DNA from: Gaiellales bacterium
GTDB lineage: Bacteria; Actinomycetota; Thermoleophilia; RBG-16-64-13
DNA length: 63,010 bases
NCBI GenBank assembly: GCA_012719395.1
Contig: JAAYAL010000081.1
Location: forward strand, 1-63,010
Reading direction: 5' to 3'
The notes under the pieces are model-generated. The model had not been told where the DNA came from. It searched no databases and was given only the letters and a program-made list of their open reading frames with translations. Within the stretch, counting starts at the first letter, position 1, and every line of letters begins with the position of its first letter. The translations under genes and the position numbers were made by a program. Below are positions 19,701-28,983 of this stretch, piece by piece.

Positions 19701-20931
19701 CGTGCTCAAGACGTTCGCCCAGGCCGAGGGGCTGATCTACATAGACGAAGACATCATGGCCGCAGCAGGTGAGTGGATTGCTGAGCGGCAGCGGACCGAC
19801 GGGTCGTTCGAGTCCGTGGGGTTCGTCCATGATCAGGAGATGATGGGAGGAGGGGGCAACGAGGCGCTGACGGCGTACGTGGCCGTGGCGCTGCTCGAGG
19901 CGGGGATCACGGAAGCAGCGCAGAAGGCCATTGACTACCTGGGCGGCAGAGTTGATCAGGTCTCTGATCCCTACACGCTGGCTCTGGTCACCTTTGCCCT
20001 GGGCAGAGGGCGGAGCGAGGGGGCTGCCGATGCTAGGCAGCGGCTGCTTTCCCTTGCCACAGAGGGGGAAGACGGATTGCGCTGGGGCGCGGCATCGGCC
20101 GAGCCGGGTGGGCAGCCCGCGCAGGAGCACGTGGACGTGGCGGGTTCACCGTTGCTGGGCTCCGAGGTAGAGACAACGGGGTATGCGGCTCTGGCCCTGA
20201 GTCAGGCGGGTGATCGCGCCAACGCGGCCAAAGCCGTGCGCCGGCTGATGGGCGGGCGCAACAGCGTCGGTGGGTTCGCTACCACGCAAGGAACGGTGGT
20301 GGCCGTGCAGGCCTTGTCGGAGTTCGCAGCCGCTCAGGGGGAGGGCGCCGATCTCACGGTGCGCGTCTCCGGCGGGGGCCTGTTCAGAGAAGTGAGATTC
20401 GCTCCGGACAGCCTGGACGCGGAAGTGATAGAAGTCCCGATGGGGACCAAGCTCACCGTATCCGTGGAGGGACAAGGTGAAGCTGTGGTCCAGGGCGTGG
20501 TGCGCTATTGCCTCACTGCGCCCCCAGAGCCCGTCGCCTTCGACCTCAGGGTATCCTACGACGCTTCCCAGGTTGACGTGGGTGACGCCGTGCGCGTCAC
20601 GGCAGACGTCATGTTCACTCCGCCGGAGCCCCTTCAGGGATTGAACGCCGGAATGGTGGCGCTGGGCGTCGCGGTGCCAACCGGCTTTGAGGTGGTGCAG
20701 GAATCGCTTGCCGCCTTGCGCGAGTCGCCATACGTCAGGCGGTGCAGCCAATCGGGCCGCAAGGTAGTGGTGTACGTCGAGGATATGACGCCGGGCCAAG
20801 GCTTATCTCTGTCATTCACGATGTGGGCGCTGTATCCGGTGCAGGCCAAGAGCGCTGCTTCGCAGGTCTACTCCTGCTACCGGCCGCAGTGGAGGGGCGA
20901 GACGCTGAGTGAGGAGGTGAGCGGGAAGTAG
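16723..20931 (+). CDS. alpha-2-macroglobulin family protein with intact thioester (CGEQ), probable lipoprotein
   Basis: MPLGCGEQSMVHFA thioester motif, about 1400 aa, with MG-domain-like repeats. N-terminal lipobox LLAMIVAGCILMVATGCGG. Start is uncertain; GTG at 16834 gives a cleaner signal peptide. Confidence 0.85.
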   Translation: MQIELNHVMGPQQKTVAGRIMPHLSVRERQCSDGSWAVSARGLLAMIVAGCILMVATGCGGTPLSADVDGHMVTLPRVMRAGETTRVGFTLFAGEELGQGQVQVSLRAAGQSLAKAEGGIAGTGTLALDVPQVPAGEYQVEVAGPGFKEAAFVEIEPRMLVLIETDKPVYRPGQTVLMRVVTLDSSLKAAPVEVEVEALDALGNRVFRKTVVSDEFGMTSLEIPLSSEPSLGVWQLTASAGESSTRLDVQVEEYVCPKYEVKVVPSRDWFLSNEPLEGTVSATYAYGRPVEGRLEIRAWRYVGAWEEYASYSGPVDGEGSFRVDPVRDVAEAPRTDGLGNVRLEVKVVEEATGDEQTVTEFLTAAADPVQMSIVTENMAFKPGLPFSILLVTKTPAGEAVESAVVVETVYYAEDESRVGMERQQVETGGGSALVRLAPPVRAARMEVTASTGSVVAGKALTAAYSPLGSFVHVEQFGSPSLHIGDAAVFSVYSTSEAHTLHYEVVSRDRIVLTDSSSGDIQFRITPAMAGACRLLVYHVLPSGEVVADGLPFTVEGEYPQNVTIDLGAEEAQPGAAVQLRLRTQGEARVGLTGVDHSVFVLSESRLNLQQVFAELGRLSPQPQVEQQEVDGVGPLLVPGAMDAFAGAGLLVLSDKDIPGGKTVEQHGIVSADGEEGPVAGGDGTPADSEGGRQAGGLAHVPQAQQSFPETWLWEEVTTGKDGKASLSLEVPDSITTWDVRAVAVSAEKGLGIAETSLRAFQPFSLTVDLSPSAIRGEQLPVRVAVYNYTDAPQEFTVEIDASPWFDLLSGYRQTVLVAANDAGAAEFVLRPAVPGTQVVKVTARSGRMTRAVNKSIAVEAGGVEQELVANAVVEAGSSMALDLSTPATGVVPDSGTAHLTLAGGLLAPSLAGLDQLLRMPLGCGEQSMVHFASATYILRYMKQAGVVEPEVQAKAERLLLTGYQRGLTFRRADGSFSPFGESDEEGSLFLTAFVLKTFAQAEGLIYIDEDIMAAAGEWIAERQRTDGSFESVGFVHDQEMMGGGGNEALTAYVAVALLEAGITEAAQKAIDYLGGRVDQVSDPYTLALVTFALGRGRSEGAADARQRLLSLATEGEDGLRWGAASAEPGGQPAQEHVDVAGSPLLGSEVETTGYAALALSQAGDRANAAKAVRRLMGGRNSVGGFATTQGTVVAVQALSEFAAAQGEGADLTVRVSGGGLFREVRFAPDSLDAEVIEVPMGTKLTVSVEGQGEAVVQGVVRYCLTAPPEPVAFDLRVSYDASQVDVGDAVRVTADVMFTPPEPLQGLNAGMVALGVAVPTGFEVVQESLAALRESPYVRRCSQSGRKVVVYVEDMTPGQGLSLSFTMWALYPVQAKSAASQVYSCYRPQWRGETLSEEVSGK

Positions 20932-20972
20932 AGAGCCGCCAATGGCGTGGACCGGCGAGAACAGCGAAGCGC

Positions 20973-21569
20973 TCAGTCCCCGGCGAATGCTGCCTCTCGG
21001 AACTCTCGAAACAGCTCAGCCAGGCGCCGGGGAGTGTGGTTGGCGTTGAGGCCACTGGTGCTGGGGAGCACCCATACGCCCGCCGACCCTACGGTCTCCT
21101 GCTGCCGGCCCAGTGGGGCGGTTGGTCTCTGGAAGGCAGTGCGGTAGGCGCCAATGCCCACGAAGGCCAACCAGCGGGGCTCATAGCACGCCGCCTTCTC
21201 TTCCAGATGCCGACGTCCCGCGCGGAATTCGGCCGCCGCCAGCTCGGAGGCCGCTCTGGTGGCGCGGGCCACCAGATTGGTGAGCCCCAGGCCGTACGAC
21301 AGCAGTTCTGCCTCCTCGCATGGGGTCAGTAGGCGGGGTGTGAAGCCGCTCTCGAAGAGGGCCGGCCAGAAGCGGTTGCCTGGTCTCCCGAAGTGATGGC
21401 CTATGGCGGCGGTGTAGAGACCGGGGTTGATGCCCACGAAGAGCACAGTCAAGTCCGGCTTGATGAGGTCCGGGACAGTCTTGCCGGCCGCCGCCAGCAA
21501 CTCGTCCTTGGTGGGCCGCCGTGGGCGCTGACCATCCGGAGCGGCTGCGGCGCGGGAAGCATCGCTCAT
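20973..21569 (-). CDS. G:T/U mismatch-specific DNA glycosylase (Mug/TDG family)
   Basis: LFVGINPGLYTAAIGHHFGRPGNRFWPALFESG matches the Mug/TDG motif GINPG...HF..P.NRFW. Confidence 0.7.
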   Translation of the reverse strand: MSDASRAAAAPDGQRPRRPTKDELLAAAGKTVPDLIKPDLTVLFVGINPGLYTAAIGHHFGRPGNRFWPALFESGFTPRLLTPCEEAELLSYGLGLTNLVARATRAASELAAAEFRAGRRHLEEKAACYEPRWLAFVGIGAYRTAFQRPTAPLGRQQETVGSAGVWVLPSTSGLNANHTPRRLAELFREFREAAFAGD

Positions 21570-22063
21570 CTGCGCTGGACCGCCTGGGGTGGGAGGTGCA
21601 GGCTCGGCTGCGGCATTCGGGTTCCTATGAGCCCTTTGTCTCGCATTGCGGCCTGCTCGTCGCCCACAATGTAGGCGAAGATGCGGGGTACCTCCGAGAG
21701 GGTCTGCACCAAGTAGACCACCTGGAAATCGATGCTCTCTTCCGATTCATCCTTGCTGCGGTATGTTGAGAGCCATCGGACACGCGCCACACTGTGGAGT
21801 TCATCCAGATGCGTGATCTCCATGGACTGAATGCTCATGGCTTCCATGCCGATGCTCCGGTAGGACTCGTATCCCCGCGGAATCATCTGGCGGAACACTT
21901 CGTCGTTCTGCCCGCAGCTCACACCTTGAGGGCCCGCTTCCACAAAGCAGTCGGCGAAATGGGCGGCGGTGGCCTCCGCGTTGCCGTGCCCAGCCAGTGC
22001 ACGGGCGAACTCCGCAGCATAGCCGGCAAAGAAACGCTCTATCGCGCTCGTGCGATCATCCAC
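21566..22063 (-). CDS. hypothetical protein, possibly NTF2/SnoaL-like fold
   Basis: 165-aa ORF whose stop overlaps the mug start by 4 nt. No firm family assignment. Confidence 0.4.
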   Translation of the reverse strand: MDDRTSAIERFFAGYAAEFARALAGHGNAEATAAHFADCFVEAGPQGVSCGQNDEVFRQMIPRGYESYRSIGMEAMSIQSMEITHLDELHSVARVRWLSTYRSKDESEESIDFQVVYLVQTLSEVPRIFAYIVGDEQAAMRDKGLIGTRMPQPSLHLPPQAVQRR

Positions 22064-22139
22064 GGGGCCTTCTTCTCCATTCTCGAAGCTTCACGTACAG
22101 CGGAGCGTTCGCGCGCGGTGCCTTGTAGGCGCCAGGAGG

Positions 22140-22835
22140 CTAAAGCTGGGCCAAGGCCTCCCTGCCACGAAAGGGGTCAAATGCGCCCAATACGTCCACC
22201 GCTTCGTATAGCTCGATGATGAGGTCACGAATGGCTCTGTCCCGCTGCGGTCCGGCCGCCATGCCGGCGATCTCCGCCGCGTCAAGTGTCACCATCACGC
22301 TGGGAACGAAGCCGGGGTGGAAGATCGCGCCCCGCTGGCGCGGAAGGTCCACAGCGCGTCCCAGCACGCACTCTGCGGCCACTTCACCCATGCAGAGGAC
22401 GATCTCCGGCTTCACCACGTCGGTTTCCGCCCGAAGCCAATGGCGGCAGGCGTTGCCAGGGCCAATGTTCGCGGAGCCGACGCCCACGTTCAGGGCGCGC
22501 CCGCCCGCCACACTTCCTGGCGACGCATGCTTGACGGCGTTGGTGAGATACACGTCTGGCGCGCCGATGCCGGCTCCCTGGAAAGCCTCCTCCAAGATTT
22601 CTCCCGCCGGGCCGGAAAGAGGCCTGCCACTGGACACGTCCTCTGCGGTGGAGTGACCTCCCACGATCATCAGACGGGCGGAGGCCGGTCCCAAGCCCAC
22701 CACTGCAGGCGAGCCGGCGGCCCCCAGCGCGCAACTGCGGCACTCCTGGGTGCAGCGCTGCAGCAGCTTCAATAGGTCCTCCGGGCAGAAGCCTCCGGGG
22801 TTGCACAGTCTTTCCTGGAACTCCTGGTACTCCAT
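22140..22835 (-). CDS. uracil-DNA glycosylase, family 4
   Basis: MEYQEFQERL...CRSC...LMIVGGHSTAEDVSSGRPLSGPAGEILEEAF...VYLTNAVKH carries the family-4 UDG motifs (GE.PG..ED and the Fe-S Cys). Start set at ATG 22835, 3 nt after the histidine kinase stop. Confidence 0.7.
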   Translation of the reverse strand: MEYQEFQERLCNPGGFCPEDLLKLLQRCTQECRSCALGAAGSPAVVGLGPASARLMIVGGHSTAEDVSSGRPLSGPAGEILEEAFQGAGIGAPDVYLTNAVKHASPGSVAGGRALNVGVGSANIGPGNACRHWLRAETDVVKPEIVLCMGEVAAECVLGRAVDLPRQRGAIFHPGFVPSVMVTLDAAEIAGMAAGPQRDRAIRDLIIELYEAVDVLGAFDPFRGREALAQL

Positions 22836-22840
22836 GCCGC

Positions 22841-24112
22841 TTAGGCTAACACGGCCGGCAGGCGAACGGTTACCACCAAGCCCCCCTCCGGAGGGGCGAC
22901 GGCGGTGACCGAGCCCTCGTGCGCTTCCGCCACTGCCTTCACGATGGAGAGGCCCAACCCGAATCCTCCAGTGCTCCGGCTGCGTGAGCGGTCCCGGCGG
23001 TAGAAACGCTCGAAGAGCCTCCCGGCGTCCTCCGGGGGGATGATGGAACCGCCGTTGCTGACCCGCAGCCACGCAGCGGAAGTGCCGACGCCGGCTGCGT
23101 GCTGCCGTCGTAGGCCGGTGGGCTTCTCCATGCCGGTTTCGACCCTGACGAAGCCGTGGTCCAGGTTGTGGCGGATGGCGTTCTCCACCAGGTTGGCGAT
23201 CATCCGCTCCAGCAACACGGGATCGCCCACCACCGAGGCGGGTTGTAGGGTTGCGTCAACCGAGAGGTGGCGTAGGACGGCCTCTCCTCGTTTGCCGTCC
23301 ACTACTCGCGTCGCCATCTCCGCCAGGTCCACTTCCTCCCTGGTGGACGAGCCTCCCACTCGGGCCAGGAAGAGCAACCGATCGATGAGCTGGTCGGAAC
23401 GGGTTACTGCATCGCGTATGACGGAGGCCATCTCCTTGTAGTCTTCGGCAGTGGCCGCCGGGTCGCTCGTGGTCACGTCCAATTCGGTGCGGATGATGGT
23501 CAGGGGGGTCCTGAGCTCGTGGGAAGCGTTGGCCACGAATTCCTTCTGAGCCGTGAAGGCGGACTCCAAGCGGCCGAGCATGGCGTCGAAGGTGTCCGAG
23601 AGCTCCTTGAGCTCGTCGGCCGGTCCCTGCATGGCAATGCGCTCTTTGAGGGTTGAGGCGGATAGCCTCCGCGCCGTGCTGGTGATGTCCTGCAGCGGCC
23701 GCAACATGCGACCGGCTAGGAGCCAGCCCATCACCAACGACAGCAGCGCCATCACTCCCAGCGCGATTCCCGACTTCACGGCCAGTTGGTTCAGAGACCA
23801 TGAGGTGACTTCCCGCTCAATCTCGTCAACCAGCGTGGAAAGGGGCACATCCCCCACCATCACCGGTCCGTAGATTGGGTCTCCTCTGGGTCTGACCTGT
23901 TCCTCGGGGATTCCCAGGCGCACGGCCACCTCGATCCCCACATCTTTTGGGCTGACAACGAAGCTGTCCCGGATGAGGAGGTAGTTGAGGCCCAGCAGGA
24001 GTGCTCCGGCGAGCAGAAAGAGCGCGGCGTACCAGAGACTCAGGCGCAGCCGCACGGTTGGTGGGGGGAGCTTCACGAAGATGTGTGTGGGGCGCAGTTC
24101 ATGCGTCTGCAT
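22841..24112 (-). CDS. sensor histidine kinase (two-component system)
   Basis: Two TM segments plus a HAMP region, an H-box HELRTPL, and N/G-box ATP-binding motifs (VSNGGSIIPPED.., GGFGLGLSIVK). Confidence 0.85.
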   Translation of the reverse strand: MQTHELRPTHIFVKLPPPTVRLRLSLWYAALFLLAGALLLGLNYLLIRDSFVVSPKDVGIEVAVRLGIPEEQVRPRGDPIYGPVMVGDVPLSTLVDEIEREVTSWSLNQLAVKSGIALGVMALLSLVMGWLLAGRMLRPLQDITSTARRLSASTLKERIAMQGPADELKELSDTFDAMLGRLESAFTAQKEFVANASHELRTPLTIIRTELDVTTSDPAATAEDYKEMASVIRDAVTRSDQLIDRLLFLARVGGSSTREEVDLAEMATRVVDGKRGEAVLRHLSVDATLQPASVVGDPVLLERMIANLVENAIRHNLDHGFVRVETGMEKPTGLRRQHAAGVGTSAAWLRVSNGGSIIPPEDAGRLFERFYRRDRSRSRSTGGFGLGLSIVKAVAEAHEGSVTAVAPPEGGLVVTVRLPAVLA

Positions 24113-24770
24113 CCGGCTTTATGCGGTAGCCAACGCCGGTCACGGTCTCGATGAGACCGGGCTCGCCCAGCTTGCGGCGCAGGGTCATGATGGTCACGCG
24201 AACCACATTGGTGAAGGGGTCTACGTTCTCGTCCCATACCTGCTCCAGGAGTTGTTCCGCGCTGACCACGGCCCCCTGGGCGGTGAGCAGTACCTCCACC
24301 ACGCCGAATTCCTTCTTCGTCAGGCCCAAATCTCTGCCGGCACGCGTGGCTTCCCGTTTGGCCGGATCTACGATGAGGTCGGCGACCCCCAGTATGGGTG
24401 GGGTCGATCTGGCTGCACGGCGCGCCAGCGCCCTCACCCGGGCCACCAACTCGTCGAACGCGAAGGGCTTGGGCAGATAGTCGTCCGCACCGATGGTAAG
24501 GCCTTCCACCCGGTCTTCCACGGAGCCGGCGGCGGTGAGCATCAGCACACGCGCCGTGGACCCGTCCTCCACGAGCCGGCGACAGACATCGTCGCCGTGC
24601 ATGCCGGGCAGGTTGCGGTCCAGGACAATCACATCGTAGGAGTTGACCGCGGCCTTCTCACTCCCTATCAGCCCGTCAAACGCCACGTCCACCGCCATGC
24701 CCTCACGGCGAAGTCCACGGGCCACCGCGTTGGCCAGTCGCTCTTCGTCCTCCACCACTAGTACTCGCAT
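24099..24770 (-). CDS. OmpR/PhoB-family response regulator
   Basis: MRVLVVEDEERLANAV...VIVLDRNLPGMHG receiver domain plus a winged-helix C-terminus (VTGVGYRI). Start at ATG 24770; the stop overlaps the kinase start. Confidence 0.85.
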   Translation of the reverse strand: MRVLVVEDEERLANAVARGLRREGMAVDVAFDGLIGSEKAAVNSYDVIVLDRNLPGMHGDDVCRRLVEDGSTARVLMLTAAGSVEDRVEGLTIGADDYLPKPFAFDELVARVRALARRAARSTPPILGVADLIVDPAKREATRAGRDLGLTKKEFGVVEVLLTAQGAVVSAEQLLEQVWDENVDPFTNVVRVTIMTLRRKLGEPGLIETVTGVGYRIKPDADA

Positions 24771-24900
24771 TAGTGCACCACATCTGGATCGATTGCCGGG
24801 CAGGTGATGCTCGCCGTAGGGAGCACGGCGGATATTACCTGCTATTAGTCTACTCATTGTCGCGTAAGACCCAGGTAAAAGCGGGCGGCATTCCGCGCGG

Positions 24901-24922
24901 CTTACAGCGGCTTTACGCCGGC
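24901..24922. promoter_or_regulatory. tandem 11-bp direct repeat TTACAGCGGCT/TTACGCCGGCT in the rr/htrA divergent intergenic region
   Basis: 9 of 11 positions are identical with 11-bp periodicity, typical of an OmpR-class binding site. It lies about 90 bp upstream of the htrA start. Confidence 0.3.
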
Positions 24923-25009
24923 TGCGGCATAGTGAGGGTGCGACGAGGCGGAGCGCGAGCGCCGCCGTTGAGGAGAGATACGAACAGGGAGAGACAAGGA
25001 GAAGTGGCA

Positions 25010-26188
25010 ATGCATCCGGCAATTGGAACGGCCAGCTCGAACCACGCGCGGCTGCATGTGCTTGGCGGGGCTGTGGCCGTGCTTCTGATGGTAGTGAGCC
25101 TGCTGAGTGGATGCACCGCGGCCGATACCGCTGCCACCAACGCCGCCGGGGAAACGGTAGGAGATTCTGCGTCAGGCGGGCGATCCACCGTGGTGGCGGA
25201 GACGGTGGCTCAGGTGCAGAGCCGGCTCTCGCTGGGAGAAAGCCCGGCGGAGACGGTAGCAGCTGCTGTCGGCCCCAGCGTGGTGAACGTCAGGGTGTCG
25301 GGCGTGGCTCGGTCGCAGTTCTTCGGCGATCAGCCCTACGAGGGTGTGGGCTCTGGGGTCATCATCTCGGCGGATGGCTACATCATCACCAACCAACACG
25401 TCATTTCTGAGGGCGGCTATGTGTCGGATGCAATCGAGGTGACGCTGAGCACGGGCGAGGTGATCCCGGCTGAGCTGGTAGGCGAGGACGAGTTCACCGA
25501 CATTGCCGTCATCAGGATAGACAAGGAGGGGCTGACCCCCGCCGAGTTCGCTCCGTCCGCGGAGACCACTATTGGGGAATACGCCATTGCCATCGGGAGC
25601 CCGCTTGACTACGCCAACTCTGTGACCCTGGGCATCGTGAGCGGTCTCAACCGGACCATTGAGGGCAGCGACAGCACCTCCTTGGTTGATCTGGTGCAGG
25701 TCGACGCCGCCATCAGCCCGGGGAATTCCGGGGGTGCCGTCCTGGATTCCAGCGGACGCGTCATCGGCATCGCTGTGGCCTATATGCCCCCCGAATCGAC
25801 CGGCGCTCAGAACATCGGCTTCGCCATCCCGTCCGACATCGCACTGTCCGTGGCTGAGGAGCTCATGGACACAGGCAAGGTCAGCCATGCCTACCTGGGC
25901 ATCAACTACACGACCATCACCAGCGAACTGGTGCAGCGTTTCGGGCTCTCCCGGGATTCCGGGGCGCTTGTCACCCAGGTGGGACAGGGTACGCCGGCCG
26001 CGGAGGCAGGCATGAGGGCCGGCGACGTCATCCTCAGCATCGGCGATGTGGCGGTCACCCAGGACGGGGATGTGGTGGTGGCCCTGCGCCGCTCGGCGTC
26101 CGGAGAGACCGTGCCGGTCAAGGTGGATCGTGATGGCAACGAGATGACGCTGCAGGTCACGCTGGGAGAGCGTCCTGTCTCCGGTTGA
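25010..26188 (+). CDS. HtrA/DegP-family serine protease with PDZ domain
   Basis: Signal/TM anchor, trypsin-like catalytic motifs (IITNQHVI, GNSGGAV) and a C-terminal PDZ. AAGGAG RBS lies 8 nt upstream of ATG 25010. Confidence 0.85.
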   Translation: MHPAIGTASSNHARLHVLGGAVAVLLMVVSLLSGCTAADTAATNAAGETVGDSASGGRSTVVAETVAQVQSRLSLGESPAETVAAAVGPSVVNVRVSGVARSQFFGDQPYEGVGSGVIISADGYIITNQHVISEGGYVSDAIEVTLSTGEVIPAELVGEDEFTDIAVIRIDKEGLTPAEFAPSAETTIGEYAIAIGSPLDYANSVTLGIVSGLNRTIEGSDSTSLVDLVQVDAAISPGNSGGAVLDSSGRVIGIAVAYMPPESTGAQNIGFAIPSDIALSVAEELMDTGKVSHAYLGINYTTITSELVQRFGLSRDSGALVTQVGQGTPAAEAGMRAGDVILSIGDVAVTQDGDVVVALRRSASGETVPVKVDRDGNEMTLQVTLGERPVSG

Positions 26189-26356
26189 CGGGCGGCTCGG
26201 GAGGCATGTTGCTGATAGAATAGTTGAGACGAAGACGGAAGCGGGATTGTCGAACGAGGTGGGGTGATCTTGCCGCTGGAATCGGTGACGGCCGCGGCCG
26301 TTGCGGTGCCGGCCTTCGCCGTTTCCGCTCCCGCTCCGCGTGTGTGCTGACACTCA

Positions 26357-27517
26357 GTGCTGCGGCAGAGGTGTGGGAGCCAAGAGAGAAAGGAACCCGC
26401 AGTGCCCTTTGTCGGTCCTTCCCCTGAAGCCTCCGGCCACCTACTGGCTGCACTGGGTTACTGTGGGCAATGGCAGCAAGTCTTCCGGCCCTTTGCCGAC
26501 GAGGGCCTTCTCCCCGGCAGGGTGGTTCGCGCCGATCGCGGTTCGTGTGTGGTGGCCTGGAGCCGTGGCTTTGCCCGCGCCCCGTTCTCCGCACAGTTGG
26601 TGAAGGCTGCTTCGACTGCGGTTGACCTACCGGCCGTCGGCGATTGGGTGACGCTGAAGAGCGCCCCGGTGTGCGATCAGGGCACGGCCGTTGTCATTGA
26701 AGGCGTGTTGCCGCGCCGGACGGCCTTCGTGAGGTCCGACCCGGGAAGAGAAGCCGTGGGCCAGGTTCTGGCGGCCAACATCGACGTGGTTCTCATCGTG
26801 CATTCCCTGGAGGCGGAGCCCAACTTGCGCCGCATCGAGCGCGAACTGGCCGTGGCGTGGGAGAGCGGCGCTACCCCGGTAGTGGTCCTCACCAAGGCTG
26901 ATCTGGCTACGGATCCCGTGTTGTATGTGCCCATCGTGTCTACAGTTGCGCCGGGTGTCGAGGTGCTTCTGGTGTGCGGCAAGACGGGCAGTGGACTAGG
27001 CCCGTTGCTCTCCTTGTGCCGCCGCGATCGCACCGTTGCCCTGATCGGCCCCTCGGGCTCCGGCAAGTCAACGCTCATCAACTCCATGATCGGTGAGGAG
27101 CGCCAGGCCACGCGTGGGGTGCGGGTAGCTGACGGCAAAGGTCGCCACACCACGGTCGCACGCGAGTTGATCGCGGTTCCTGGCGGAGGCGTGCTGGTGG
27201 ACACGCCGGGGTTGCGGGCGTTGGCCCTGTGGGAAGCGGACGAGGGGATAGGCCGGGTGTTCAGCGATATCGAGGAGTTGGCCGGCTCCTGCCGTTTCGC
27301 GGACTGTGCGCACGCGCGGGAGCCCGGTTGTGCCGTGCGTTCGGCAGTGGAGCGCGGCGAGCTGACCACGGAGCGTGTGGAAAGCTATCGCAAGTTGCTG
27401 CAGGAGTCCGCGCGGGTGACCACCTTGCGGAACGCGCGGCGGCCGCTGGAGGGGAAGAGGAAGTGGAAAAGCAGGTCGAAGGATGCACGGGCCTTTCACC
27501 GCTTGGTGGGGCGTTGA
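26357..27517 (+). CDS. rsgA: ribosome small subunit-dependent GTPase A
   Basis: Circularly permuted GTPase: G4 motif LTKADL precedes the G1 P-loop GPSGSGKSTLIN, followed by DTPG and the C-terminal Zn-binding CRFADCAHAREPGC. The start may be downstream of 26357. Confidence 0.8.
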   Translation: MLRQRCGSQERKEPAVPFVGPSPEASGHLLAALGYCGQWQQVFRPFADEGLLPGRVVRADRGSCVVAWSRGFARAPFSAQLVKAASTAVDLPAVGDWVTLKSAPVCDQGTAVVIEGVLPRRTAFVRSDPGREAVGQVLAANIDVVLIVHSLEAEPNLRRIERELAVAWESGATPVVVLTKADLATDPVLYVPIVSTVAPGVEVLLVCGKTGSGLGPLLSLCRRDRTVALIGPSGSGKSTLINSMIGEERQATRGVRVADGKGRHTTVARELIAVPGGGVLVDTPGLRALALWEADEGIGRVFSDIEELAGSCRFADCAHAREPGCAVRSAVERGELTTERVESYRKLLQESARVTTLRNARRPLEGKRKWKSRSKDARAFHRLVGR

Positions 27518-28950
27518 GCGACGCGAGGGCAAGAGTCCCACTGCTCTGTGTAGCGATGCTGTTGGCTTTGGCATTGTGGCTCGTGGGGTGCGGGAACAGC
27601 TCGGGGACCGGTTCGTCCTCCACCCTCCCTGAATCCACCGATACCACCAAGGAAGCCACCGGCACCACCATCCCGCCCGAAACGGTTCCGCCTGAGTTGG
27701 CGGACAGAGCACTGGAGCTGGTGCAGCTCATGGCGGAGGGCTCGTTTTCGCAGGTGGTCCTGAGTTTTGATGAGACCATGGCGGCGGCGCTCCCCGCGGC
27801 GAAGCTCGCCGAGGTCTGGCAGGCGCTCGAGCAGCAAACAGGCGGTTTCGTGGAGCCGTCTGGCGTGCGCATGGAGACCGCTGGCGGGTACCGGCCGGTC
27901 ATTGTGACCGGCCTCTTCGGCGAGGCCAAGATAGACATACGCATCGTCTTCGACGACCAGGACAGAGTGGCCGGCCTGTTCTTCAAGCCCTCGGAGACGG
28001 CCTACGTGTCGCCCTCCTATGTTGACCCTGCCGCTTTCACAGAGAGCGAGATCGCCGTGGAGAATGGTGAGATCCGATTGCCGGCAACGCTGAGCGTGCC
28101 GCTCGGTGGGGGCCCCTTCCCGGCGGTGGTGCTGGTGCATGGCTCCGGGCCCAACGACCGCGATGAGACGTTCGGTCCCAACAAGCCGTTCCGGGATCTC
28201 GCCCAGGGATTGGCCACGGCCGGTATTGTCGTGCTCAGATACGACAAGCGTACGTTCGTCTACGGTCAGGAGGCGGATTTCTCGGTGCCCACGGTCAAGG
28301 AGGAGACGGTGGATGATGCGCTCGCCGCCTTCGCCCTGTTGCGCGGGGTGCAGGACGTGGATCTGTCACGAACCTTCATTCTGGGACACAGCCTGGGTGG
28401 CATGTTGATGCCGCGTATCGCCGTGGAAGCCCCGCAGGCGGCCGGTTTCGTGCTGTTGGCTGCCGTGGCGCGCCCACTCGAGGATCTCATCCTGGCCCAG
28501 AATCGCTATCTCCTGTCTCTGGACCCCGGCCGGAACAGCGACAGCGAGGCGGAGTCAGGGTTGGCCGAACTGGAGAAACAGGTGCAGAAGGTCAAAGACC
28601 CCGGGTTGGCGGCGGATACGCCGGCAGTCGAATTGCCGCTGGGCATCCCGGCGGCCTATTGGCTTGACCTGCGTGGCTACGAGCCGGCAACGGCGGCCAA
28701 GGCCATCGATCAGCCGCTGCTTGTTGCGCAGGGAGGGCGTGACTATCAGGTGACGGAGCAGGACTTCGAGATGTGGCGCGATGCGCTGTCGGACAGAGCG
28801 GACGTGACCTTCGCCTTCTACCCAGAGCTCAATCACCTTTTCGTTGAGGGCGAGGGAGTCTCCCGTCCCAGCGAGTACCTCGTGGAGGGTCACGTGGCTG
28901 AGGGTGTTGTAGAAGACATCTCAGCCTTCGTCTCGACCGCCGTACGTTGA
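27513..28950 (+). CDS. alpha/beta-hydrolase lipoprotein with N-terminal DUF3887-like domain
   Basis: Lipobox LALALWLVGCGNS, nucleophile elbow GHSLGG, and a predicted catalytic triad spread across the C-terminal half. Alternative start is ATG 27556; the six-frame ORF from 27229 overlaps rsgA and is not credible. Confidence 0.65.
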
Positions 28951-28983
28951 CCCGGAGGTGTCCGGCATGATAGGGAGGAACGT

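Noticed and set aside
26205-26225. TTGCTG...TAGAAT promoter-like hexamers upstream of rsgA
   Set aside because: The spacer is only 3 nt, so this is not a functional -35/-10 pair.
27229-27512. Upstream extension of the hydrolase ORF overlapping rsgA
   Set aside because: It overlaps the rsgA C-terminal Zn-finger coding region. The lipoprotein signal peptide begins only at 27513/27556.
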